Part shown: piece after piece, positions 42,921 to 55,248 of the stretch
How positions within the stretch are numbered: the stretch's first letter is position 1
How the letters are laid out: each line of letters starts with the position of its first letter
Source: Vicugna vicugna
Taxonomy: Eukaryota
Assembly (NCBI GenBank): GCA_013265495.1
Contig: MU061579.1
Location: forward strand, 2,229,319 to 2,293,318
Reading direction: 5' to 3'
DNA length: 64,000 bases
Program-made: the position numbers and the translations under genes
Notes under the pieces: model-generated
What the model was told of the DNA's origin: nothing
The model's database searches: none
The model's input: only the letters and a program-made list of their open reading frames with translations

Positions 42921-45689
42921 CCCAGGTCAACAAGCCCATTATCGTGTCATCATCAGAGGCAAGAGCATGGTTGTATCCCTTCACGTCAGTCTTAATGAAT
43001 TTCTAACCAGCCTATGAGTCTATGTCATGTTCAGGATTTTCGTTTGTTCATTTTTACACCATTTTCTGAACGTACTACAGAGTCTGAAATTTCTGTAATG
43101 GCTTCCACAATCTTTCTTGAAATATAGTAATTACTCTTTTAAGTGAGTTTTGGCCTCTTATATGACTTCCGTGTTTTATTTTATACTGGGTCATCATTTG
43201 TCCATCCCACTGGCTTGAAATCAAAATAGTACCTGACTAATTTCATTTTTAGTGAGATTCAGTAATTGATAACATTGTCCTCGTCGTCATCAAACATTTT
43301 TATTTTGTGATTACACTGTAATAGTGCTATCAGTTGTTAGTAATATTATGCAAATAGACATGCTTCAAAACAGAAAATCATGAAATAGAATTTGCACAGG
43401 AAATAGATTCAAATTGTGTAGTCATTGACTGTCCAGTTTCAGTCTATTTTGTATGTGAACAACACCACAGAAATGCAATGTCAAAGGTGCTTACCATGCA
43501 AGGGAAGAGTTGCCTTCAAATATATTATGTGCAAAGACTTACTGATAATGAATTGCCAGGCAGATGTCACTTTTGATGTTGTTTTTATCTAAGAAAGGAC
43601 AACTATCAATGTCACATAAATTTATTCTCCTTTCTCTGTGTTCATTGTTGCTTAGTAGGAATTGTAAGTAGGGACTAAATATATTGATAAAACTGTTTTT
43701 CCCTCCCAAGATAATCTAAATAATTGCCACATAATAATTTCCAAATAAAAATGCAATTCCTATTTAGTCACACATATGATAGGTTCATCAGAAACCTCTA
43801 GAAATGGTCATTTTTTTTGTGGTCTGGCATATGTGCTCCCTGTTGTCCTGGAGCACTGAATAGAATGTATGGAAATGGAGTGTGTGCCCAGAGAAAGCTA
43901 CCTGTCTGAGTGGTCTCGAGGTGGTACCTGGAAATTTTTTTCTAGATCCCAAAATCAGTTTCATCAGCATGCAGAACCGTACAGAGCCAAGACAAATTCT
44001 AAACATTATTACAGGATCCTGATGTCAAGCCAGAATATTAGTTTATTAAATTCTGAACAGGAGAATATCCCATTCAAAAAATAGGAAAGCCTCTGCTTTG
44101 TCTCCAAGGCAATATTCTTTCTCTCTAAGGAGACCCAAGGAAAATCAGTGTACCTCTTGAAAGTTTGCCTGACGAAAATGGACTGTAAAGAGGAACTTTA
44201 TTCAGACCCAGTGAGGTGGGTAAGTTCTGCTGTATCCTGTCTGCCAGTGGCTGAGATCATCTCCAGAAAACCAGATTGCTTTGGCTCCCGAGACTCAGGG
44301 CCTCTTTTAGTACTGGGCACCAAATTCAGCCCTCTGTCTCTAACTTGTGTTTGTGTTGTTTTAATTGTTGTTTTTTGTTTGTTTTCTCTTCTCTTTGGAG
44401 TCATCTCTTCAGGATTTTGCATATTCTTTTAAAAAATATGTCATTGATTTTTCTCAATGTCACTTTTAGGCCTGAATAAATACACAGACTTTGTTTACTT
44501 CTTTGCTTCTGGTGCATGTTGTAAGATGTCTTTGCTTTATCTAAACAGTCAATTAATTCTCCATCAGTTCATCGTTTACAAGGCAGAGTTATGTACTGTG
44601 ACTCTTAAAAAAAAAAACTGTGTCCATCAGAAAAATCTCCCAGACTGATACGGAATTTTCAAAATTATTATATATACAGTCACAATTTCTCGTATAATTC
44701 TCACCTAAAATAAACTCAGTTTTAAATTACACAAATATTTGAGAAAATTGAATTTAGGGCCCAGTCCTTATTCTTTCCCTTTGCTTTGTTCGAGGCAATG
44801 TTAACCATACATCATCTTTGAACAGGTGGTTGGAACCAATGTGTTCACACAGAACCGTATTTTATCAGTTTTTTTTTTCCCCTTAAGCTTATTGCCCTTT
44901 ATTCAGCTTGATCAATTGTATTCAGCCTTCCCTAGTTCTCTGAGAGCTCAGTTTTGAGAGGCACTCTTAGTTTCCTGGACAACATTGGTTCATCTCTTTT
45001 TCCCAGAATAATGAAAATCTAAAATCTAATTCTTGCCTATTTCAGCCCCAGACAGTTTTTATCCTCGCTTGTGAAATCAAACCCACATGCCTTTCCTTTG
45101 CAGCTCATGTCTGAGTATTATCTGTGTCCCCAGAGTCAAGTAGCTATTAAATTAGTTCTATCAATTGTCCATGGGTTTAGAGGTCCCCATGTGTGTTTTT
45201 TCTCAAGTAACCACATTTTATTTCAGGGCACAAAGTACAAGATTTCTGCTTGATTACTTAGCCTCTGGTCTTTATTTTTTAAGTGTTTTTTTGAAAATAG
45301 CAGGGAAAATGCATTACTCTCCTTTACCCTAATGAAAAGTTCTGAGTTCCTCTGACAGTCATTTCATTTCTGAAGGAAGATTAGAGGACTGTCCCACAGA
45401 TTGACTCTGAGATTTCATATTTTTTCTTGATTTTATCCTTCTAATAACCTTATTCCTTTGCCTCTCCCAACTGCACCATCGCATGCACATTTTCTCCCTT
45501 GTAATACATCACCTATGATATTTTGTGGGTCAAGTAATTCATTTTCTCTACCAAAAGTCGTTATGCTTGAGTCATTCGGACTATCAAGTTTCTGTATTCC
45601 TTTGGGGGTACTTTTTTTAGAAGAGTCTGTTCTACAAGTTTTCAGTTTTAAAACATCGTTCGTAAACCTAACTTAATTCTGCTGTGTTG

Positions 45690-45900
45690 TAGTGTGTAAT
45701 GTAGTATGTACATTTACAAAGAATCGATGCCAGGGGTTTGGGTCCTGGTTCAGCCGCCATCACATTTTCAAGAAGGCAACCTAGATCAAGTCACATAATA
45801 TCTCACTCACTTGTAAAATAGAGACAATAATGATAATAATTACTGGCCTGTCTTCCTTAAAGGATTATTACAACTATACATGAACATGTATTTTTCAGGT
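45690..45900 (+). mobile_element. MIR SINE, degraded
   Basis: ggggtttgggtcctggttcagccgcca...ctcacttgtaaaatagagacaataatgataataat. Confidence 0.55.
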
Positions 45901-47721
45901 AGTTAACATTTCATAAAATTCTATCAGATCACTACTTTACTATGTTACTTTTTAAAAGGTACTTTAAAAATATTTCTGGTTCTGTAGTCTTTTTTCCGCA
46001 TTAAATCAGATCCACAATGTTCATACCCTTTGTCAAACATGTGATTGTTTTCTTGCTTACAAAAATGTTCACTGGCCTCCCTTGTATTTTGCCATTAAGG
46101 TAAGTTGTTTTTTGGCTCCTTTTTCGGAAACCAATAATTTCTTATTGGTTTCCAAGGCTAAGAGCACATGGCTCTCTATCCACTGTGAGCAAGTGCCAAT
46201 ATTTATTACAAATATAATTCTGTGAAAGCCATAGACAGAGAAAACATATGAATAGTTTCACATTTATTTTCTGCCGCTCATGGCTTCTGGCTTTAAAAGG
46301 TCTGCACGTATTTTCCTGGATTTATTGTTGAGGAATAGTAAATGACAGAAACCAGTAACTCACAGAGATATTCATCAAATAATTATTAAAGATCATTCAG
46401 TGCCCAGTAGCAAAGTGGTTCCTGAAAGACTGAGATTACAGTCAACTCCCAATTATTCATGGCAGGAAGAAAAGCCTTGTAAAGATGACTGCCAATCACA
46501 GAGCATGGATAGACTCTGCCAATTAGGCATCAATTCCTAGCACTTACCCACGTCTCCTCTTAAATTGCTAATTAAGCCAAATACGTTTATAAATGTATAA
46601 GTCAACTCTTATAGGGTATTGGAGATAATTTTCAGATCACAGTGCAAAACACCCCATTACAATACAATTGAAACAAAAAGGGTTGAAGGGATTTTAAAGG
46701 GACCAAGTCATCATGAAGTATCTATCTCCAATGTCAGAGACAAATGAATCATGGATTCATTTACTCCCTCCCGCTCTTAACACACATGAGAGAGAAAAGA
46801 GCAACAGAACAGAAAGAGGATAATCTCTCAAGAAGGCTACTAGGATGATGAAATAGTATCCTTATTAAGTATCTAAAAATAAATGATAAAAGGGTAAGGA
46901 GAAATTGAAATAATAAACAAATACTTTTACAGTACAGTAATGTTAACCTGAGGGTTCTACATATTCATTTGCTTTATAGAATCACTCTGAGGAAGTTAAT
47001 ATGATCTGTGTTTTCTAAATGATGAAACTGGGAAGAAGAGATGTAAAATTACGGTTACTACTTGATTATCACTAGGTGTTCAATACATAGTAACTGTTAT
47101 TACTTAAAATTCTTGCTTTTTGCTTTTAGCGCCAAAGGGCTGTATTTGCATTACTACATTCAAAGTTCATGAAAACCTATTGTAGCCATTGTAATTATTT
47201 CTGTTTTGAAAACTTCTTTAAGTAGGAAAACTTAGTCTTCATTTTATATATAACAGAAGCATTAATGTGTCACGCAGTTTTAAGCAAATCACCAATCTCG
47301 TTGTCCTATTGTCTAAGGCAAGCAGTAATCCATTCTCTACCGACTTTTCAGAGACATTAAGGAAGTTCCTCTTTTTATTTGCATGAGCTATAAAACACAA
47401 TGCATCTCTGTAATTTTGGGTAAAGCAGTATTTTATTTCATCATCAGGAACTACTCTACATTGTGTCTGTAAATATTGGTAACTTGGTACCTGGGATCAT
47501 AAGTGAAATAGTCAAATGTTCGTATCACAAAAATTAGGAAGAGAATAATATATATTTTTCCCTTCAGAATAAAAATATAATAGAATCAATATAATGAGTT
47601 GCTTTTTAAAGAAATACAAGAGGGCCAAAATAGGGTAAGAATTAATATCAGGTATTTTATTCACTGGTTAAACCAGACAGTTCTATTCTTTGTGCCTGTT
47701 TTATAGGTAGTTCATCCTGCC

Positions 47722-47724
<3 letters not shown>

Positions 47725-47760
<36 letters not shown>
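47725..47760 (+). repeat. (AC)18 perfect microsatellite
   Basis: Read directly. Confidence 0.97.
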
Positions 47761-47766
<6 letters not shown>

Positions 47767-48003
47767 CCCTTCATTGCACCCTTCTGCCAAAGTTGGGACT
47801 TTGCCTCACTCAATAAGATAATGCATATGTAGAAGAAAATTAAAACTAAGAGCCTGCTCCTGGGTTTGGTCCCATGACTTCCAAAGATTGTGGAAATAAA
47901 GCAATTAACTTTTTAATTATGCAAACCATTTGGTAAAGTAAGCATTAAAAAAGATACTTAAACAATTTATTTAATGTTTTTAATGTTATCTCAGGAATGT
48001 TAG

Positions 48004-48063
48004 AAATTTCAAAATAAGCAAAAAATTTCAAAATAAGCAAAAAATTTCAAAATAAGCAAAAAA
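48004..48063 (+). repeat. Perfect 19-bp tandem triplication (TTTCAAAATAAGCAAAAAA)x3
   Basis: Identical copies start at 48007, 48026 and 48045. Confidence 0.95.
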
Positions 48064-50734
48064 CTCAGAGATTTTTCTTTCAGATTCTTCAAATTGTAGG
48101 ATAAATATAAGAAAAACACTTCCATATCCCAATCACTACTTTTAATACTACTGGACTGTGTTAAATAATAGAATTTTTATAATATATGATTGGATTAGAA
48201 AATAGCTATTTCGGGACTGGGGCACACATATTTTTAGCTGCAACTCAAGCCCCCTGCCTCTCCAGGGCGTATTTTAATTATGCCTATCAATTGATCTAAA
48301 TTACTGAACTTGCTCCAACTTGCTTAAGAATAAGAAGCTTCCTTAGATACAGTTAACACATTAAAACAAACTGAAAAAGAATTTTGAAATCACTGGCATA
48401 AACAAGTTGCAGGGCATATAAATCATCTGTACAAAAGAATTCCCAAGTCCCTTTTGCTCAAGTTTTATGCCTTATTAAAATTTTCAGTGGTCAGAAAAAG
48501 ATATGCCTACAAATGTGGATTGCTAACTTAATTGGCACTAGCATTTAAGATAGCGTAATTTGGTTTTCACACTAAAGTAAGAATATTGCTTTTATATTTG
48601 ACATATAGACACTTCATGTATATAGGAGCACACATGCCAAAAAGATGAGACATATTTCAGCATGGGATTAAGTAAAAATATCTGTTTTCACTGAGAAGCT
48701 GACATATTTAGCTTGCTAATAATTGACCTAGTCATTAAGCAGCCGAAAGTCCCCATCTGTCCCTGCTGCTCATTTGTACCTATTACATATATTTTAGCAT
48801 CAGCGCTAAGGCCTTCAGTTCCTTCCGTGGGAAGAAGGAAGGGCATTTCTGAAGTGGTTAAGGCAGTTCTCTTGCCTCGATAGGGGAGGAAAGAACAGAA
48901 AATGTAATATAGCTACACAGAGAGATGCCTGCCTCTGAGCTCTTTTCATTTTAGCAGCTTGAGAAATATCAGTACATGTTATTGCTCAGACACACATTCT
49001 TTCTAAACAAAGTTTACTGCCATGGATTCCAAAGAGCAGAAGGATCCGCTATATATATATTTTGCATTCATTTAGCTGGTATCATTATTGATTGGACCTC
49101 ACAAACTATCTGCTTGTACCTGATGTGCCTCCCTAAACAATTATGAGGACAAATATTTTATGTGATGGCACACACGTGGAGAATTTGACTTCTCAGGTAC
49201 TGTCTGTTTGGGATATTCATTCTGAAATTTATGAGCACATTTGAAGCATTGCTCAACACTGCTCACCTGGGAAACACACATGCACACACACACACATGAC
49301 ACGCAGCCCATCCTCTTTGAGCTGGGCTGAAAGGCTAAAAGCACATCTTGGGAATAAATCTGACCAATAAACTATGGCTTCAGAAAGACTTTATTTTGGA
49401 AATGTTCTGTTAAAGTCAGTATCTTCATCATTTGCAAATTTGACAGCCTCCTGCCATATTGAGACTTTATATTGTAAAAATGAGTTATACCTCTATATTA
49501 AATTGTTTATTAAGTTGCAAATAGAAAATTTGCAGTGCATGTGCAATGATTTTTTTGATCGTTTTCTCTCATTAATTGACAAGCCAAGTTGAAAGTCAGT
49601 ATAATCCTGTAAGTGAAAAACTAACAGAAAGATTTAAAAAGATTAACTTAAGGGTAGGTATAGTTTTCTAACGCCTTCCAGTGCTTTTTTTAACCTCTCA
49701 AGAATAAGGTGTATATTTACATTGTTCCAACTTAGAGAATTGTGCTGTTTAAGTTAAAATAGCTTGAGTTAGGTTAGAGTATTGTAAAATACTGCTTCAG
49801 AGTAATTTCAGTAAATTGCTCAAATATTCCATCATTTCAAAATTTCCTTTACACCTAAAATTCTAGTTTTCCTTACAAGGGATTTTGTTTTCAAATATAA
49901 CCCTAAAAAATCCCTGGGAATACTTAGGGTTGGCTCTGTTAATGCACAACAGGTCTCGACAAGAAACTCTGTGCCCAGAAACTAATGCAGACAGGGTTGG
50001 CATTTCAAGTTTCTGCTGAAAACGTATGATAATCCGATGTAAATGTTCCAGTTATTTATAATAACAATTTCTGTATTGTGGTATATTAGGCTTTTCAAGC
50101 TCTTTTCTCTTCCCTGGAATCCAGCCGTAACTCTGTCCTTGGCTTCTGCAGTACTTGTTATAATAAAGTCCTTCTGATACTACTTGTAATAAACCTTCAT
50201 GGAGGCAATCCAAGATCGACCTTACTGATAGCTGAATTCTCCTTAATAGTGAATTGTATTCTTGTGAGACTCCAGCAGAGTTATTTTCCTTTAGAGTTAA
50301 AGATTTTATGTTGAAATAGTATTTATTTATTTATTTATTTATGTCATTGAGCAGTCTCACTGCTATGACTAAGAAAATTGCGCCATAAAATACTTGGTAA
50401 TGTAAATGTGAGGATGAAAGTTATATATCTGGTGATTTATTGAATTTATGGCTTGTAGGAACATGACTGTCTCCATAAAGGAATCTAATATACACACTGG
50501 AGAATGTTCTAGTAATGCCTTGTAAAAACAGGATGCTGTTGTAATTTGAAATCTTGAGAGCTTGAGCCACAGTAGAGGTATGCCTTTAGCATTTGTAATC
50601 ATACATGACCTGGCTTTTCACATCTAAATTAGATGTAGGAAAATTTAGAACCTGCATTTATTTTGTAAGTACTTGCTCTTACACAGAATGTAACATTCCA
50701 TTTGCATGCCAACCTTTTTTCTTCTAGGTAGATA

Positions 50735-51154
50735 TTTTTAAATTGAAGTATAGTCAGTTACAATGCATCAATTTCTGGTGTACAGCACAATGTCCTAGCC
50801 ATGCATATACACACATATATTTGTTTTCATACTCTTTTTCATTAAAAGTTATTATAAGATATTGAATATAGTTCCCTGTGCTATACAGAAGAAATTTATT
50901 TTTTAATCTATTTTTGTATATAGTGGCTAACATTTGGAAATCTCAAACTCCCAAATTTATCCCTTCCCATCCCCTTTCCCCTGGTAACCATAAGATTGTT
51001 TACTATGTCTGGGAGTCTGTTTCTGTTTTGTAGATGAGTTCATAGTGTCCTTTTTTTTTTTCTTTTTTTTTAATTCCACATATGAGTGATATCATATGGT
51101 ATTTTTCTTTCTCTTTCTGGCTTACTTCACTTAGAATAACGATCTCTAGGTCCA
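50735..51154 (-). mobile_element. Younger L1 3' UTR fragment (resembles camelid-type L1)
   Basis: attgaagtatagtcagttacaatg...aatttctggtgtacagca...gatattgaatatagttccctgtgctatacagaagaaattt...ttccacatatgagtgatatcatatggtatt...cttacttcacttagaat. Confidence 0.9.
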
Positions 51155-53234
51155 GACATACCTACTTTCAATGTATTTCCTTACCTGTTTCTTTTATTGC
51201 CAAGAAATGGAAAGGTCAATGAAGAGTAGGAAGTTTAATGGAGTTCATGTTAGAGGAAAAACAGACCAAGTTTGATAAGCATAGGCCTGACATTTGAGAC
51301 CAGTGATTACCCTAGAATAAGGAGTATCAGTATGTAGGCAAGAGGGAGTCAGGGTTCTAACCAAAGCTCTGAAACTGCATTTGACATATCAAAATATGTT
51401 TAATCTCCTTCTTTGTCTCTCAGGAATTAAACTTAAAGTTTTGGTTCACATTTTAAACAGTGGATTTTTTTTGTCTTGAATTTTTAAATAGCTTTTATCA
51501 TCACACTTTCTGAATTGATTTTGATCCATTGAGAAAGTCAGTGCATTTGGTCAGTAAAATTTTAACTTAAAAGAGGTGATTTTATCTTTTTCTTCTTTTA
51601 ATGAGCCCCCATTAACTGATTGCTTAAAGATTGAAAAGACTCAAAATGTTTAGCCACATAATATATAATTCTACAAAAGGAAAAATATACAAAAGCAAAA
51701 TAAAAAAGTATATTTTGCGTATTATGTACAAATAGAATATACTAAGACAAAGATTTAGTTTCTTTTATACAATATTCTTAAGATAAACTTAGCTATTATT
51801 TGTATAATGAAATTCACATGGTATACAGCTTGTTTTTAAAGTCTTCTTTTTTTTCCCACCCAGGGAAATATATCCCTTAACTGAAACGTAAAAGAGCATG
51901 TATGTGGCAGGGGAAAGAAAGAACAGGTTCTTCTCATATATTAACAGTTCCATATGCTGTTTATTAAATTTGATGCTAGTCAACTCATTCAGACAGCTGA
52001 TTTTAATAAAAAGAAACCAGCAGTTTTGTAGAAATATGAAAACATATGGACATGTACATGACCACTCTGATGCAGTTTTATCATCTGTCAGATTTCTCAA
52101 GAGTGTACTGTATTTTATGGTCTTGAAATAAAATATTATGAATTAATACATACCTAATGAAATAATATATATGCTGTGAGGGACTAGCATTGCCCAAAGT
52201 TGACACTGTAGTTCATGTCATTTAAATAACAGTATTGAAAACGTGTTCTCTTGTATTAACTGAATTCCAACCTAGAGCATGCTGCCTCCCTGGTTGTATA
52301 TGAATTTGTCGAGAAGAAAATAATACCAAAAAAGTTTTACTAAGCGTCTGAGATGTTTTATAGTCAAAGAACAACTTGTGTTTTAAAAATAAACTAAAAT
52401 ACATTAACTAGGAGCAGTGTGCAAAGTATTTCAAATGAAGGGTAGGGTGAACAGACTGTTTTACTTTCCTTGCATTCTACATATCTATGAATAATCATTC
52501 CTTGAGGTTTAAATTTATAAATAACAGTGCAGAGTGGAGTTATTTCGACCCTACAAAGGAAACCATCCGTTTTGTTTTCATTTTCTTTTGGATAAACTCA
52601 AAATGGCTTAGCGTAGCTTCTGCTAAGCTTATTCAAGACTGAAGCGTTTTTGACAAAAAGAAAAAAAAATGTTTCCCAACTGTGAGTAGACTACTACACT
52701 TATGTGGCTAAATTCAGTCAGAATTGACAACTGCTGTTTGACTTGGCAAAGTTAGACTATGGTAGTTAATACTAAGAGAAGGGAGGTAGCAAGAAAAATT
52801 GTAAAGAGAAATTTCAATGAAGAAACTCAATGTAAATTGTGCTCTAGGGAAGAATGGTTAAATAGAGACATTTTGTTCTAAAGTTATCACCATAAGTTGA
52901 TTATTCCGTGTCCTGCCCTCACATATGTGCACACAACAAGCCTGAGAAATGAAGGTGAAAGTTATCATCTAAGACTTCACGTCAGCTAGTAGGACATTCA
53001 TTGTAAGTCCTCGATGATGAGTGCTACATGGAGTTAGACTCCTGTCTGTTTGGATGTAGAACTTTACTATCTGTCTTTACAAAGTCAGGATGTGAGAAAT
53101 TATAAACTGAAGAACTCGGTCTCTTTTTTATGATACGTAATTTTTTACAACAACATTCTCTTGAAAGAAATTTCTCGAATTATTTGTATGTGTTCTGGGT
53201 GGAGTAGGACCCTCTATTTATTTATTTATTCAGT

Positions 53235-53370
53235 ATCTTACCTGTTAGATTTTGTGCTGCATGAGGCGAGAGACCATGTTTTCATGATTGTTTTATCTCC
53301 AGGTTCGAGGGCAGGGCCTGCCATCGAGTAGATGCTCAGTATATATTTGTTGAATTAATCAAAGAATAAG
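53235..53370 (+). mobile_element. L2 3' end
   Basis: ttagattttgtgctgcatgaggcgagagaccatgt...cagggcctgccatcgagtagatgctcagtatatatttgttgaatt. Confidence 0.75.
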
Positions 53371-54619
53371 TGAATATTTTCTGGGTCCTGGGTTCAAGGT
53401 CCAACCACAGTTTCCAGTATTTCCTTAGTTTGTATGCTTTATTTTCTTTGCTTGCTCTTCTGATAACTTAGTCTGGGTTGAGTTGTGGTAGCAGAGAAAT
53501 TAGTCCAAATGATAGACAAGTATAAACATCTTTTGTAAGAAAAGGAATGGGCCAATCCTAAACTCTTTGTAGAATATTGCAAACATTCTCACCTAAAATT
53601 TGTATTGTTCTTACTGATCTTTGGTGTATTACTGCAGCAAGTGTCTGTACGTGAACCAGGATATTTATTGTGTTTCATAAAATTCTAAACCTGGGCCTCA
53701 GTGAAGAGTTTATATTATATTTAGAAACCATGCTTCTCTACTAAGAATATAGATATATATTTTTCTATGTATCCTAATTGACAGAACTAAGGTGCATCAA
53801 CACAAAATATTTTATAGTTGAGAGATGTTTTTTGATGTCTATCCATGAAGGACCTTGAAGGTCAAAGATAGTATCTGGATGGTACCCACCATCATGGGGA
53901 AAAATCATAACATTCTAAGTGTACCACACTTGTAATTAAACTGTTTTCTAGGTAAACTGACATTGACTAGTAGATTCTTTGAGTCTCCTAATTCTCAATT
54001 CCAGGTTAAGAACGTCATAGTTGCCAGTTCAAATTCTTAGTACATTGTTCATATGGGTTTAAATATAAATTTATTTATAGTCATTCATTCATTGCTCAAA
54101 TATAATTGAAATCTAATTTCGAAGACAGCTGGGAGATTCAGGTCAAGTAAATTTCTATTAGCAGTGGAAGAGTTTGGTTAAATGTCTGTCTTAGTAAGTT
54201 TTCTTCCATCTGTTTTATTTTTTACATATTCATTTTGTATTTATGATGGTACTGGAATATGGTTTCTCTAAAATTACAGTTTGTTTGATTTCCTGGAAGA
54301 GGGTAGGATGACCCTGGGTGGAAATCAGGATTTTCTATGAGTTTGCTAAGATCTGCATGAGAAGTGCTTCTCTTTGGAGTTTCCAAGGTAGTTCCTTCCA
54401 TATTATTGTATTTCTGTTTTTCAGATCGCTCATAGCCACCTTTAGCCTCCCTACCAACTCTGCATCATCACTGCCCTTTTCACTCTTGTTTATAACTTCC
54501 ATCCGCTTCCCACCTCACTCTACTCTGTGCTCTCAGCGTGATAACCAATTCACGCTCCTTAAATATTCAACAGAACGCAATATATTATTGTGTTCTAATT
54601 AACTGCCACACGTGAAAAT

Positions 54620-54810
54620 ACTTTACATATTTCATCTCACTGAATCCTCCTGACGTTCTTAATATGTAGGTTTTATTAGTTCACAAGAGAGCAAAGGGAG
54701 GCTCACAGACCTTAGGCGATTTACTCAAAGTCATGCAGCCAAAATAGCTGACATGGGGTTTGAAAAAAATCTGTCAAGCCAAAAAAGCATGTTCTTTCTA
54801 TTACAACATG
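54620..54810 (-). mobile_element. MIR SINE
   Basis: ctttacatatttcatctcactgaatcctc...gaggctcacagaccttaggcgatttactcaaagtcatgcagc. Confidence 0.7.
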
Positions 54811-54999
54811 CTGTGTCTAGCCATGCCCTTCTTTCCCTGAAATGGTCTTAACCTCTTTCACCTACACATCTCTGTCCTGCTGGCCAATTCTTTCTTTAAA
54901 GTTTACTGCAAGTACCACCTCTTCTGTGGAGCCCTCCTCCTTAGCTCTCTGTGTATCACACGTCTGTGTTAACACATATCACAGTGGCACCATTCTTCC

Positions 55000-55248
55000 C
55001 CCCTTTCTTTTTTAGTTTTAAAAAATATAGTAATAATTTTTCATGAAACAGTTTATGTCAGCATGAAATGACGTTGGCTATTTTCAAATACATTTACAGT
55101 AATTGTGTTTGAAGTGTCAGTTTTACTTTTGAATGTAATGAATACCAAGGGTGGTATACCCCACATGAAAATACAAGGGCTTTGGGTCAACCACAGTTTT
55201 TAAGAGGCGAGAGGAGTCTTGAAACCCAAATATTTAAGCACCACCGGC
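55000..55248 (+). mobile_element. Charlie1-like DNA transposon terminal fragment
   Basis: accccacatgaaaatacaagggctttgggtc...tttttaagaggcgagaggagtcttgaaacccaaatatttaagcaccac resembles the recalled Charlie1 3' terminus. Confidence 0.55.

Noticed and set aside
43788..44648. Cluster of six short overlapping ORFs
   Set aside because: No recognisable domain or consistent frame; partly low-complexity GT-rich sequence.
48004..48063. Direct repeats as a possible CRISPR-like array
   Set aside because: No spacers, and a mammalian context; a simple tandem repeat.
50711..50733. Pyrimidine tract plus TAG|GTAGAT as a recursive splice site (similar at ~27350, ~38070, ~53951)
   Set aside because: Regenerated donors are weak, and such motifs are frequent in T-rich introns.
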